Of a stretch of 64,000 bases of DNA, positions 9,284-18,763 are shown piece by piece. Within the stretch, counting starts at the first letter, position 1. Each line of letters opens with the position of its first letter. The translations under genes and the position numbers were made by a program. Under the pieces are notes generated by a model. The model did no database searches. It was not told the DNA's origin and saw only the letters and a program-made list of their open reading frames with translations. The DNA is taken from the NCBI GenBank assembly GCA_049322675.1, contig JBMORM010000025.1, forward strand, positions 520 to 64,519. Direction: 5' to 3'. This DNA is from Patescibacteria group bacterium. GTDB taxonomy: Bacteria > Patescibacteriota > JAHJAL01.

Positions 9284-10618
9284 ATGTCTGAAGATATAAA
9301 AATACCACCTCAGAGTTTGGAAGCAGAACAGTCGTTGTTGGGCTCGGTTATGCTTGATCCAAATTCGATGGTCAAGATTGTTGATATTATTAAGCCTTTT
9401 GATTTTTACAAAAGAGGTCACCAGCTGCTTTTTGAGAGAATTTTGGAGTTGTATGAAAAAAGAGAGCCGGTGGATTTGGTTACTTTAACGGAAATATTGG
9501 AAAGAAAAAACGAATTGCAAGAGGTAGGTGGGGCGAGTTATATTACTAGTTTGGTAAATTCGGTTCCTTCAGCGGCTCATATTGTTACCTACGCAAATAT
9601 TGTGCGACAAAAATCAATTTTACGTTCTCTAATATCGGCTTCTGGGGAGATGAGCCGAATGGCATATGAAGAAGGGATGGATGTGGAAATGATTTTGGAT
9701 AAGGCTGAACAATCATTATTTTCTATTTCAAAAGTGGCAGGGAGTCAAAATTTTGTCATGATCCGTGATGTTTTGGTTGAGTCGTTTGAGAGAATTGATC
9801 AATTGCATAAAAATAAAGGAAAGGTAAGGGGAGTTCCGACTGGGATCAAGGGTTTGGATAATATTTTATCAGGGTTACAAAGAAGTGATTTGATTATTTT
9901 GGCGGCTAGGCCAAGTATGGGTAAAACTTCTTTGGCTTTGAATATTGCTCAACATGCAGCAATTGAAGAAAAAATTCCAGTGGCGATTTATAGTTTGGAA
10001 ATGTCTAAAGAACAGTTGGTTGATCGTTTGATTTGTGGGGAAGCGGGTTTGGATTCTTGGAAAATGAGGACGGGCAATCTCAATGAAGATGATTTTGAAA
10101 AATTACAGATGGCGATGGGATCGTTGTCTGAGGCGCCATTGTATATAGATGATACTCCTGGGTTAAATGTGGTAGAAGTAAGAACCAAGGCGAGAAGGTT
10201 ACATTCGGAAGTCGGTTTGGGAATGATAATTGTCGATTATCTTCAGTTGCTTGAAGGTAGGTCATTGAATAATGATAATCGAGTGCAAGTGATATCGGAA
10301 ATTTCTCGTTCTTTAAAATCTTTAGCGCGTGAGCTGAATGTGCCGGTAATGGCTTTGTCTCAGTTATCCAGAGCAGTAGAAAGTCGTCCTGATAAAAGAC
10401 CGTTGCTGTCTGATCTGCGGGAAAGTGGATCGATTGAACAAGATGCTGACGTGGTATTGTTTATTTATCGGGATGATTATTATGATCGTGACAGTGAGAA
10501 AAAAAATATGGCCGAGGTGTTGGTTCGCAAGCATCGCAATGGACCAACTGGTGAGGCTCAACTGTATTTTGTCCCGGAGTATATGCGTTTTAGGGATGTT
10601 TCAAAACAACAGGATTGA
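9284..10618 (+). CDS. dnaB: replicative DNA helicase
   Basis: PPQSLEAEQ, AARPSMGKT, DYLQL and LRESGSIEQDAD; no intein. Confidence 0.98.
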   Translation: MSEDIKIPPQSLEAEQSLLGSVMLDPNSMVKIVDIIKPFDFYKRGHQLLFERILELYEKREPVDLVTLTEILERKNELQEVGGASYITSLVNSVPSAAHIVTYANIVRQKSILRSLISASGEMSRMAYEEGMDVEMILDKAEQSLFSISKVAGSQNFVMIRDVLVESFERIDQLHKNKGKVRGVPTGIKGLDNILSGLQRSDLIILAARPSMGKTSLALNIAQHAAIEEKIPVAIYSLEMSKEQLVDRLICGEAGLDSWKMRTGNLNEDDFEKLQMAMGSLSEAPLYIDDTPGLNVVEVRTKARRLHSEVGLGMIIVDYLQLLEGRSLNNDNRVQVISEISRSLKSLARELNVPVMALSQLSRAVESRPDKRPLLSDLRESGSIEQDADVVLFIYRDDYYDRDSEKKNMAEVLVRKHRNGPTGEAQLYFVPEYMRFRDVSKQQD

Positions 10619-10641
10619 AAAATACTAAAGAGGGAGTAAAC

Positions 10642-11274
10642 ATGGAGAAAAAAAATGACAATGGCGGGGAAAAATATTTGGGTTTAATGGGTTTTTCGGA
10701 TAAGCAAAAAAAACAGTTATTTGAGGTAATTTATTTATGTCGTTTGTGGGAAGAATATTTGGTTCATATCAAAGGACTAAGATTTAGACGGGAGAATTTG
10801 GCGTTGGTGGGCGGGATGGTTATAAAAGTAAATTCGGATATTCAATTTGCTTGTGATTTGTTTTTGGTATTGTTGTATCAAACAGCGGAGGAGCAGGTGG
10901 ATTTTTTTGAGAATGTTGATCTGGAGAGATTGCCAAAAGCGGTAGAGGAAATGAGAAATTTGGTAGCCAACATTCCAAATTACGAGAAGGCAAGTTGGTG
11001 GATGAAAATTCTTGTTTGGTTCAAATATGGAGATTGGAAAAAAGTATTGTTTTGGATAATTTATGGCTTTTTCTTTTTGTTTGTATTTGGTTCTGTTTTG
11101 TATTTTTTTATTGCCAATGATTATGGTAGGGATTTGGCATGGAAATTCTTGGATATTTATGGAGTAGCGGTTAAATTTTTGCTGATATTTTTGTTGATTT
11201 TGGCTACGATAGTTATAGTGGCTTCGGTGAGTTTTATGTATTTTGAGAGTAAGGTTAAAAAAAATATGAAGTGA
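10642..11274 (+). CDS. hypothetical membrane protein (two C-terminal TM helices)
   Basis: ORF with SD gagggag before ATG 10642; hydrophobic C-terminal helices. Confidence 0.65.
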   Translation: MEKKNDNGGEKYLGLMGFSDKQKKQLFEVIYLCRLWEEYLVHIKGLRFRRENLALVGGMVIKVNSDIQFACDLFLVLLYQTAEEQVDFFENVDLERLPKAVEEMRNLVANIPNYEKASWWMKILVWFKYGDWKKVLFWIIYGFFFLFVFGSVLYFFIANDYGRDLAWKFLDIYGVAVKFLLIFLLILATIVIVASVSFMYFESKVKKNMK

Positions 11275-11287
11275 AAAAGGAGATCAA

Positions 11288-11701
11288 ATGATAGATAGTA
11301 AAAAGATAGTATTTGAGACGAGTGGTTCTTTTGATATGGTAAATTTGACCAAAGAAATTACTACTTTGATTAGAAATGGTTCGATTGAAAGCGGAGTAGT
11401 AAATATTTATTCTCATGGTTCAACCGCGGCGATGGTTACTTTGGGCAGTGAGGAGGGAATTAAAGAAGATTTTATTGAGGCGATAAAAAGAATAATTCCT
11501 GACGGTAAATACAAACACGATGAGAAAACAAATCATCATAATGGTGTTTCTCATATTCGTTCGGCGATTTTGGGTACTGGTTTGAGTATTCCTTTTTCTC
11601 ACAAAAGGATGTTTTTGGGGATGTTTCAGCAAATATATTTTGTTGATTTGGATTCTATCAAGAGAGAGCGGGAAGTGATTGTGCAGATTATTGGAGAGTA
11701 A
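11288..11701 (+). CDS. yjbQ: YjbQ/UPF0047-family protein
   Basis: STAA, Y.HD, NGVSHIRS and LG.FQQIYFVDLD. Confidence 0.88.
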   Translation: MIDSKKIVFETSGSFDMVNLTKEITTLIRNGSIESGVVNIYSHGSTAAMVTLGSEEGIKEDFIEAIKRIIPDGKYKHDEKTNHHNGVSHIRSAILGTGLSIPFSHKRMFLGMFQQIYFVDLDSIKREREVIVQIIGE

Positions 11702-11711
11702 TGCGGCGAGA

Positions 11712-11797
11712 AATTTTCAATTTTCAAACATATTTTGTTGAAATATACGGATATGATTATGGATTTGTTTGTAAATTGAAAATTGGTCATTGAAAAT
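11712..11797. repeat. inverted repeat built from 7-nt units (AATTTTC / GAAAATT)
   Basis: aattttcaattttcaaaca (11712-11730) matches the reverse complement of 11766-11784 at 18/19; extra unit cattgaaaat follows. Confidence 0.7.
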
Positions 11798-11832
11798 GGG
11801 GTTATTATTTGAATTAAAAAAATTGAGATATT

Positions 11833-12303
11833 GTGAATATATTAACGAAAAAAGATAATAATGGTTGGTGGTGGATAGTGGTGGCCGTTGTGACGTATAG
11901 TTTAGATCGAATTATAAAGTTGTTGGTAATTACCAGGCAGATTCCTGAAACAAAAATTTTTGATTGGTTATATATTAATTTGCGATACAATGATGGTATG
12001 GCGTTTGGTTTGGGTAGCGGTTATGGTTTGCTTATTTCCCTGATAGGCATTATAATATTTTTGTATTTTCTGTTACAAAACTGGCGGGATTGGTTGAATA
12101 ATTTTGGTTTAAACATTGGAATTGGTTTGGTCTTGGGTGGGGCGTTTTCCAATATTGTCGATAGGTTGTATTATGGTGGGCGAGTGGTTGATTATTTGGA
12201 TTTTACTTTTTACTCTGTGTTGAATTTGGCGGATGTAGCAATAGTGGTTGGCTTGGTTGTGATTGTCGGTTTGTATTGGAAACTTAATCCCGAAGGCAGT
12301 TAA
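11833..12303 (+). CDS. lspA: signal peptidase II
   Basis: D..K, NDGMAFG, GGAFSNIVDRL, VVDY and NLAD motifs. Confidence 0.92.
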   Translation: MNILTKKDNNGWWWIVVAVVTYSLDRIIKLLVITRQIPETKIFDWLYINLRYNDGMAFGLGSGYGLLISLIGIIIFLYFLLQNWRDWLNNFGLNIGIGLVLGGAFSNIVDRLYYGGRVVDYLDFTFYSVLNLADVAIVVGLVVIVGLYWKLNPEGS

Positions 12304-12309
12304 ATATTT

Positions 12310-12380
12310 TCCGGGATCGTCTAATGGTAGGACAGTGGCCTTTGAAGCCATCAATCTTGGTTCGAATCCAAGTCCCGGAG
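12310..12380 (+). tRNA. tRNA-Gln (TTG)
   Basis: Acceptor tccggga/tcccgga; anticodon arm gtggc-ctTTGaa-gccat; T loop ggttcgaatcc; U1-A72; no encoded CCA. Confidence 0.95.
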
Positions 12381-12390
12381 TTTGGATTTT

Positions 12391-12440
12391 GAGAGCACGC
12401 CACAAAGTGGCCTCTTTGGGGCTTGATTAGCGTGTTTTTT
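12391..12440 (+). terminator. branched terminator-like structure after tRNA-Gln
   Basis: Outer stem gagagcacgc/gcgtgttttt encloses two mini-hairpins and runs into a T tract. Confidence 0.5.
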
Positions 12441-12481
12441 AGTTAATGTTATGATTTGTGTAATAGAATAATAAAACACTT

Positions 12482-13066
12482 ATGAATAAAAAACTTTATC
12501 CAGTTGTGACTTATTTTAATCAGGATTTTGAAAATGAAGTTAGAGGATTGCAGAGTGAATTATTCGAAATAACTGGAGCTAGAGCTTCTTTGGATGAATG
12601 GCGGCCTCATGTGACGGTTGGGAAGGCTTTATGGATAGAAGATGGTGAATTGCAGAAGTTAGTACAAGATTTGAATGATTTTACGCAAACTCAGTCAGTT
12701 TTTGAAATGGAATTTGATGGATTTGGATATATGGATGATTGGGCGGGGGCGGAAGCGTTTAATTGTGAGCCATATGTTGTGTATGTGGATGTGGTGGTGA
12801 GTAATGATTTGAAAAACTATGTCGAGAAACTAGGCAAGATTTTGGATAAGTATGAGCATAGATATGTTATTCACAAAGATAATTTTCATATGACATTGGC
12901 TTTTAAGGATTTAAATAGGACGGGTTTTGAAAAGGCAAAAAAGTATCTTAGGGGCAAATCTTTTAATGGGAAGGTAAGGGTTGATTCTCTTTCGGTCGTG
13001 TTGGATACAGAAAAAGGTGATGTGATTAAGGAAGTTGTCAATTTTAAATTTGGTAAGAAAGTATAG
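12482..13066 (+). CDS. 2H phosphoesterase (2'-5' RNA ligase family)
   Basis: Two HxT motifs, PHVTV and FHMTL. Confidence 0.85.
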   Translation: MNKKLYPVVTYFNQDFENEVRGLQSELFEITGARASLDEWRPHVTVGKALWIEDGELQKLVQDLNDFTQTQSVFEMEFDGFGYMDDWAGAEAFNCEPYVVYVDVVVSNDLKNYVEKLGKILDKYEHRYVIHKDNFHMTLAFKDLNRTGFEKAKKYLRGKSFNGKVRVDSLSVVLDTEKGDVIKEVVNFKFGKKV

Positions 13067-13203
13067 TGAGCGAGGGTGTGGGGTCGCTCGACTACGCTAC
13101 GTGGGTGATGCGGGCGGGTAATTAATTGGAGGAATATCCGCCTTTGCAAAAGCTACGGCGAGACAAGGCAGGTTCGAACTTCGTGTATTGCACGGAGTTT
13201 GTC

Positions 13204-13233
13204 AAAAAAGACCTTTGTTTTGAGGTCTTTTTT
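13204..13233. terminator. bidirectional intrinsic terminator upstream of the MFS gene
   Basis: aaaaaagacctt-tgtttt-gaggtctttttt. Confidence 0.8.
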
Positions 13234-13252
13234 ATGAAATTAATATGTAAAT

Positions 13253-14428
13253 ATGCAACAAAAATACCAGGGAAATATTTGGAAATTGACGTTGGCCATG
13301 ATGACCAATGACGTTAGTTTTAGTATTGGCGTGTCTGTTTTGTATATGTTGCATTTGGGTTTGGATTTGGGGCAGATTTCTTTGGTGGTTTCGGCTTGGT
13401 TGGTTTTTTCGACCTTGGGAAATATTCCAGCGGGGATTTTTGCGGATCGATATGGCAATAAATTGTCTCTTTTTTGTGGAGGAATATTATTTTTAGTTGG
13501 GACAATACTATTTGCTTTGGCAAAAGATTTTTATTGGTTGGTTGCTGGATATGCTCTGATGGGATTAGGCTCTGCTTTAAAACAGGGTGCTGACCAAGCT
13601 TTGTTGTACAATGGATTGAACATTGATGGAAAGAAAAATTTGTTTAAATCAACTTTCGGACGGATGGATTTTATTAATAACATTTCTACTGGTGTCCTGA
13701 TGTCTTTGATCGGTGGTTTTCTATTTACCATCAATCCGCGGTGGCCGTTTTTAGCTGAGATTGGTTTGGTGGTTATCTCTCTGGCGGCGATTGGATTATT
13801 GAAGGATGTCAAAGTAGTAAAGAAGAAAGATTCTGTTTGGTTGGATTTACAGAAGTCTTTTCGCCAGGCTTTTACAAAACCAAATTTTTCTCGAATATTT
13901 ATTTTTTCGGCGTTGATTGGCAGCGTAGCTTTAACGACTATTCAATATGTTCAGCCGGTTTATAAAGATATCGGGATCAATTCCTGGTATTATGGGTTGT
14001 TGGCAGCTTTGATGTTTGTTTTTCGGGGAGTGGGCGCTTGGTATTCTGACAAATTGGGTAAAATATTTTCCGTGGACAAATATTTGGTCCTACACGCCGG
14101 GGTGTTTGGTTTGTTTTTAATCTTTATTCAAAAAACAAAAGAATTATTTTTTGTTTTGCCGATATTGGCAATTTTCTTTTTCTTGAGAGGTTTATATTCT
14201 CCGACAGTAAGTACGTGGATCAATGAAAAGGTCGATTCAAAAAATCGGGCAACTATGTTGTCAATCAATAGTCAGATATTAACTTTAGTTACTTCTATTT
14301 CTTTGTATTTTACGGGAACAATTGCGGTAAAATATGATTTGTCTGTATTGTTTTATGTTTTAAGTATTTTTTCTTTGATTTTATTAATTAGTTACGTTTT
14401 AGTGGTGCGAAAAATTGAAGCAAAATAA
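13253..14428 (+). CDS. MFS transporter
   Basis: About 12 TM; motif A GIFADRYGNK. Confidence 0.9.
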   Translation: MQQKYQGNIWKLTLAMMTNDVSFSIGVSVLYMLHLGLDLGQISLVVSAWLVFSTLGNIPAGIFADRYGNKLSLFCGGILFLVGTILFALAKDFYWLVAGYALMGLGSALKQGADQALLYNGLNIDGKKNLFKSTFGRMDFINNISTGVLMSLIGGFLFTINPRWPFLAEIGLVVISLAAIGLLKDVKVVKKKDSVWLDLQKSFRQAFTKPNFSRIFIFSALIGSVALTTIQYVQPVYKDIGINSWYYGLLAALMFVFRGVGAWYSDKLGKIFSVDKYLVLHAGVFGLFLIFIQKTKELFFVLPILAIFFFLRGLYSPTVSTWINEKVDSKNRATMLSINSQILTLVTSISLYFTGTIAVKYDLSVLFYVLSIFSLILLISYVLVVRKIEAK

Positions 14429-14586
14429 TTTCTTGTTGCATATATAAGAAATATATTATATAAGGAAGTAGTGAGGTTTAAATTTTTGGTAAAGTTTTTT
14501 GTATCTTTTTGAATGCGGAAACGACCCCAAAAATGTTTAGCCGATAGGGTCGAGTATTTATATGTTTAGGCTTAAAGAGAAAATAA

Positions 14587-14853
14587 ATGGATTCAAGTGC
14601 AGCAAACAAGCTTTATGTCGGAAATTTGGCATATAGCGTAACTAGCGAACAATTGAAAGAATTCTTCGCTGAATTTGGCGAAGTTGTGGAAGCTATTGTG
14701 ATTACTGACAAAATGTCAGGTAGATCAAAAGGTTTCGGTTTTGTCACTTTTGCGTCAGACGAAGAAGCCAAGAAGGCTTTGGAAATGAGTGATGGCAAAG
14801 AAATGGCCGAAAGAAATTTGAGAGTCAGTATTGCTCGTCCTCTAACAAGATAA
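14587..14853 (+). CDS. RRM RNA-binding protein
   Basis: RNP2 LYVGNL and RNP1 KGFGFVTF. Confidence 0.95.
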   Translation: MDSSAANKLYVGNLAYSVTSEQLKEFFAEFGEVVEAIVITDKMSGRSKGFGFVTFASDEEAKKALEMSDGKEMAERNLRVSIARPLTR

Positions 14854-14881
14854 AGCAATATTGTTTTCTAAAAAAATTTTT

Positions 14882-14914
14882 GATGGATACTATTTTTGGT
14901 ATCCATCTTTTTTT
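14882..14914 (+). terminator. intrinsic terminator
   Basis: gatggatac...gtatccatc followed by T7. Confidence 0.8.
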
Positions 14915-14987
14915 ATTGTGTTTTGCTTAACCATATGATAAGTTTAAGTAAGATAAAATTTAGCTGTTATTTTTTTAGGAGTTAATT

Positions 14988-15194
14988 ATGGCTGCTTACA
15001 ATCAGAAGAATAGCAAAGGTCAAACTTACTATTTGCATTCCCGAAATGTGGTTTTGAAGGGTGGACGTCCGCAGACAATTTATTTCTTTGCCAAGGAAGA
15101 AAAATCTGAGGGTGGTTTGGCTCAGATTCCGGCTGCTTATGAAGTTTCGGAAAACAAGAGAACTGGTTTGTTGTTTCTTAGAAAAAAACAATAA
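14988..15194 (+). CDS. small basic hypothetical protein
   Basis: SD aggag; NSKGQTYYLH..GGRPQTIYFF..N.RTGL, a pattern I recall from small CPR/archaeal proteins; has its own downstream hairpin. Confidence 0.75.
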   Translation: MAAYNQKNSKGQTYYLHSRNVVLKGGRPQTIYFFAKEEKSEGGLAQIPAAYEVSENKRTGLLFLRKKQ

Positions 15195-15251
15195 TTTGAT
15201 TATTTGTGAAGACTAAAAGTTTTGACAATAAGTTTTGGGGTACGTGGTTTT

Positions 15252-15304
15252 TGCCGTTGTTATCGTTGTTAATGTTGATAGCAGCGGCAATTTTGTTTTT
15301 TTTG
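15252..15304 (+). terminator. intrinsic terminator
   Basis: tgccgttgttatc...gatagcagcggca followed by T-rich tail. Confidence 0.65.
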
Positions 15305-15358
15305 GCCTTTAGGGGTCTTCTTTTTGTTTAATAATTATTTGAAAATGGAGAGGGCGAT

Positions 15359-15919
15359 ATGATTTGGATTTTGGTCTTACCTTTGGTGTTGGTTTTGGTG
15401 GCTTTGGTTTGGGCGGTGATGGTTTACAATGGCTTGATCACAATGAAAAATCGAGTTGATGAAGCTTGGAGTGATATTGATGTTCAGTTAAAAAGAAGAT
15501 ATGATTTGATTCCCAATGTAATGGAAACGGTAAAGGGGTATGCCAAGCATGAAGATAGTGTATTTAAACAAGTTACCGAGGCAAGAACGGCGGCAATGTC
15601 AGCCAAGGGAGATATTAAATCTGCGGCAAAAGCTGAGGGTGACTTGTCGGGTACTTTGAAGACGTTGTTTGCAGTAGCAGAAAATTATCCGGAATTAAAA
15701 GCAAACCAGAATTTTATGTCATTACAACAAGAGTTGGCTGATACGGAGGATAAGATTCAGGCGGCACGTCGTTTTTACAATGGAAATGTTAGGGATTTTA
15801 ATATTCATTTGGAAGTTTTTCCAAATAATTTATTGGCAGGTGTCTTCAATTTTAAAAAGCGAGAGTTATTTGAGATTGAGAATACTCAAGAAAGAGAAAA
15901 CGTTAAGGTTTCTTTTTAA
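15359..15919 (+). CDS. lemA: LemA-family protein
   Basis: N-terminal TM; WSDIDVQLKRRYDLIPN; ENYPELKA; AARRFYN. Confidence 0.96.
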   Translation: MIWILVLPLVLVLVALVWAVMVYNGLITMKNRVDEAWSDIDVQLKRRYDLIPNVMETVKGYAKHEDSVFKQVTEARTAAMSAKGDIKSAAKAEGDLSGTLKTLFAVAENYPELKANQNFMSLQQELADTEDKIQAARRFYNGNVRDFNIHLEVFPNNLLAGVFNFKKRELFEIENTQERENVKVSF

Positions 15920-15937
15920 TGGACAATGGTAGTATTT

Positions 15938-15974
15938 GGGGATGGAGATGATGTTTTTCTCTATCCCTTTTTTT
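15938..15974 (+). terminator. intrinsic terminator between lemA and htpX
   Basis: gggatggaga/tctctatccc followed by T7. Confidence 0.65.
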
Positions 15975-15993
15975 ATAAAAATGAGTTTGATTG

Positions 15994-16887
15994 ATGTATA
16001 AAGAAATTGATTACAATAAAAAGATTACTTGGGTGGTTGTTTTGGGATTTGTCTTTTTACTGGTGTTGGTGATTTATTTTTTTGGCGAGATTTCCAATTT
16101 GGGGTATTTTGGAATTGTTCTTGGTTTAATGATATCAATGCCTTCGGCATTGATCGGCTATTTTGCCGGTGATTCTGTAGTATTGTATCTGGCCGGCGCT
16201 AAACAAATATCAAAAAAAGATGACCCCAGGCTTTTTGGTATAGTTGAAAATATCGCTATTACTGCAGGTTTGCCGGTTCCAAAAGTGTTTGTGATTCAGG
16301 ATAATTCGATGAACGCTTTTGCTACTGGTCGAGATCCTCACCATGCTTCAATTGCTATTACTTCCGGATTATTGAATATATTGGAAAAAAGTGAATTGGA
16401 GGGTGTTATTGCTCATGAATTTTCTCACATTAAAAATTTTGACATTAGATTGAGTATGGTTTTGGTTGTTTTTGTTGGTTTAATAGTTGCTTTATCTGAT
16501 ATTATTTGGAGAATTGGTTTGGGAGGGAGCGGTTCTAGAAAGAAAGGTGGTAGTTTAATTTTTATTATTGGTTTGATATTTATCATTGTCTCTCCATTTG
16601 TTGCTAGGTTTTTACAGATGTTTTTATCAAGAAAACGAGAATATTTAGCTGATGCTGAGGCGGCTTTGTTAACAAGATATCCGGAGGGTTTAGCTTCTGC
16701 TTTGGAAAAATTGTCCGCACAAGAAAAGATGTTGAGTAATGTCAATAATGCCCTGAATCATTTATATATTGTAAGTCCAATAGATAACGTTGAAGGTAGA
16801 AAAAAAAGTTCATGGTTTTCTGGTTTATTTATGACCCATCCGCCAATAAAAGATAGGATTGTGAAATTGAGGTCAATGTCTGTATAA
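15994..16887 (+). CDS. htpX: M48 zinc metalloprotease HtpX
   Basis: NAFATG, HEFSH, REYLAD and THPP. Confidence 0.93.
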   Translation: MYKEIDYNKKITWVVVLGFVFLLVLVIYFFGEISNLGYFGIVLGLMISMPSALIGYFAGDSVVLYLAGAKQISKKDDPRLFGIVENIAITAGLPVPKVFVIQDNSMNAFATGRDPHHASIAITSGLLNILEKSELEGVIAHEFSHIKNFDIRLSMVLVVFVGLIVALSDIIWRIGLGGSGSRKKGGSLIFIIGLIFIIVSPFVARFLQMFLSRKREYLADAEAALLTRYPEGLASALEKLSAQEKMLSNVNNALNHLYIVSPIDNVEGRKKSSWFSGLFMTHPPIKDRIVKLRSMSV

Positions 16888-16889
16888 AT

Positions 16890-17540
16890 ATGAAAATAAT
16901 TGAAGTAAAGAACAATCGGATTTCTGACTTGGAGCGTAGTTTGATAGTGGATAGTTTATCCAATGATGAGATAGTTGTGTATCCAACTGATACAATATAT
17001 GGTTTGGGTGTAAATGCATTTTCAAAAGAAGCAGTCAAGAAAGTATATGATTTAAAAGGGAGAAAAAAAGGCGATTATTTTTCGGTAATGGTTGAAAGTA
17101 TCGACGAAATAAAAAAATATGCTTCGATTGGAATTTTTGAGGAACAATTTTTAAATAAATACTTGCCAGGGCCGGTAACAGTGATAATGAAATTAAAACC
17201 TGAGATTTTACAAAAAGGGATGTTTTCTAAATATATTGTTAATAAAAACGGGGCGGTTGGTTTTAGGGTAATCAAAAAACATGGTTATTTGAATGATATT
17301 CTTCATGCCGGCGGTTTCCCCATCATTTCTACAAGTGCCAACAAATCCGGGGCGGGTATTATTAGGTCAAATATCAATTTTGTTCTAAAACAATTTGAAA
17401 ATGATTTGGATCATATTTCGATTGTGATTGATTCAGGTGATTTGGGCAATATTCAACCTTCGACGATTGTTGATTTGTCTCAGACGCCATATTCAATACT
17501 TAGAAGAGGAGTGTTAGATGTAAATAGGGAGGATTTGTGA
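16890..17540 (+). CDS. tsaC: L-threonylcarbamoyladenylate synthase (TsaC/Sua5)
   Basis: PTDTIYGL, KGR, PGP.T, STSANKSG and STIVD. Confidence 0.92.
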   Translation: MKIIEVKNNRISDLERSLIVDSLSNDEIVVYPTDTIYGLGVNAFSKEAVKKVYDLKGRKKGDYFSVMVESIDEIKKYASIGIFEEQFLNKYLPGPVTVIMKLKPEILQKGMFSKYIVNKNGAVGFRVIKKHGYLNDILHAGGFPIISTSANKSGAGIIRSNINFVLKQFENDLDHISIVIDSGDLGNIQPSTIVDLSQTPYSILRRGVLDVNREDL

Positions 17541-18763
17541 AAAAATATTTAGAATACATCAAATTGGAACAAGAAAGACAAAATAATACGATATGTTTGA
17601 TTGCTTCGGAAAATTATGTCAGTAAAGATGTTTTGTCGGCTTTGGGGAGTTGTTTGACAAATAAATATGCTGAAGGATATCCAAAAAAAAGATATTATGC
17701 TGGTAATAGGATAATTGACGAAGTGGAGTTGTGGTGCATAAACCAGGCTTTAAAGGCATTTAATTTGGGGAGTAATTCTTGGCATGTTAATGTACAACCA
17801 TATTCTGGTAGTCCAGCTAATTTGGCAATTTATTTGGGATTATTAAAACCAGGAGATAAGGTGATGGCTTTGCAGTTGAGTCAAGGCGGACATCTTACTC
17901 ATGGTCATTCTGTTAGTTTTACGGGAAAATTATTTAATTTTGTTCACTATGGGGTTGATGAAAATGGTTGGATTGATTATGACAAGGTTGAGCGACAGGC
18001 GGTTGAATATAAACCTAAGTTAATAGTTTCAGGAACAACAGCGTATTCTCGAAAATTGGATTTTAAACGTTTTAGGAAGATTGCTGATAAAGTGGGAGCA
18101 TTATTATTGGCTGATATTTCTCATATTGCTGGCTTGATTGCTACGGGGTTACATCCTAATTGCTTTGATTATGCGGATGTAGTGATGACTACAACACACA
18201 AGACTTTGAGAGGTCCGAGGGGAGCAGTGATATTTTGTCAAAAAAAATATGCTAACATGATTGACAAGGCAGTGTTTCCTGGTATGCAAGGAGGTCCTCA
18301 TTTGAATGTAATATTGGCGAAAGGAGTGGCTTTTCTTGAAGCCCAGGATAAAAATTTTATTAAGTATCAAAAGCAAGTTATTGAGAATGCGAGAGTATTG
18401 GCCGAGGAATTAATTAAAAATCATGTTTCCATAGTTACGGGAGGGACTGAAAATCATTTAATGTTGATAGATTTACAAAAAAGTAAGCATGGCGCTTCAT
18501 TTTTTCAGGATAGGTTGGAAGAGGTGGGAATAGTAGTTAACAAAAATACTATACCGAATGATCCCCGGAGTCCATTGGATCCTTCAGGAATAAGAGTGGG
18601 AACTCCAGCGGTAACTACCAGAGGAATGAAGAAAAAAGAGATGAAAAAAATTGCCCAAATTATCGGACAATTGTGTAAAGATGATGTTTCAGATTTGGTT
18701 TTAGGTAGATTAAAGAAACAAGTTAGAGGTCTGACGGATAGTTTTCCGCTAAAGGATTTATAA
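17537..18763 (+). CDS. glyA: serine hydroxymethyltransferase
   Basis: LIASEN, KYAEGYP..RYY, GGHLTHG and TTTHKTLRGPRG. Confidence 0.97.
   Translation: MKKYLEYIKLEQERQNNTICLIASENYVSKDVLSALGSCLTNKYAEGYPKKRYYAGNRIIDEVELWCINQALKAFNLGSNSWHVNVQPYSGSPANLAIYLGLLKPGDKVMALQLSQGGHLTHGHSVSFTGKLFNFVHYGVDENGWIDYDKVERQAVEYKPKLIVSGTTAYSRKLDFKRFRKIADKVGALLLADISHIAGLIATGLHPNCFDYADVVMTTTHKTLRGPRGAVIFCQKKYANMIDKAVFPGMQGGPHLNVILAKGVAFLEAQDKNFIKYQKQVIENARVLAEELIKNHVSIVTGGTENHLMLIDLQKSKHGASFFQDRLEEVGIVVNKNTIPNDPRSPLDPSGIRVGTPAVTTRGMKKKEMKKIAQIIGQLCKDDVSDLVLGRLKKQVRGLTDSFPLKDL

Noticed and set aside
13168-13182. ggttcgaac as a tRNA T-loop or att-site remnant
   Set aside because: No cloverleaf, no match to the tRNA-Gln 3' end beyond ggttcgaa, and no integrase nearby
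13126-13311. 61-aa ORF as a leader peptide for the MFS gene
   Set aside because: TTG start without an upstream SD; it reads through palindromes and the terminator and is probably spurious
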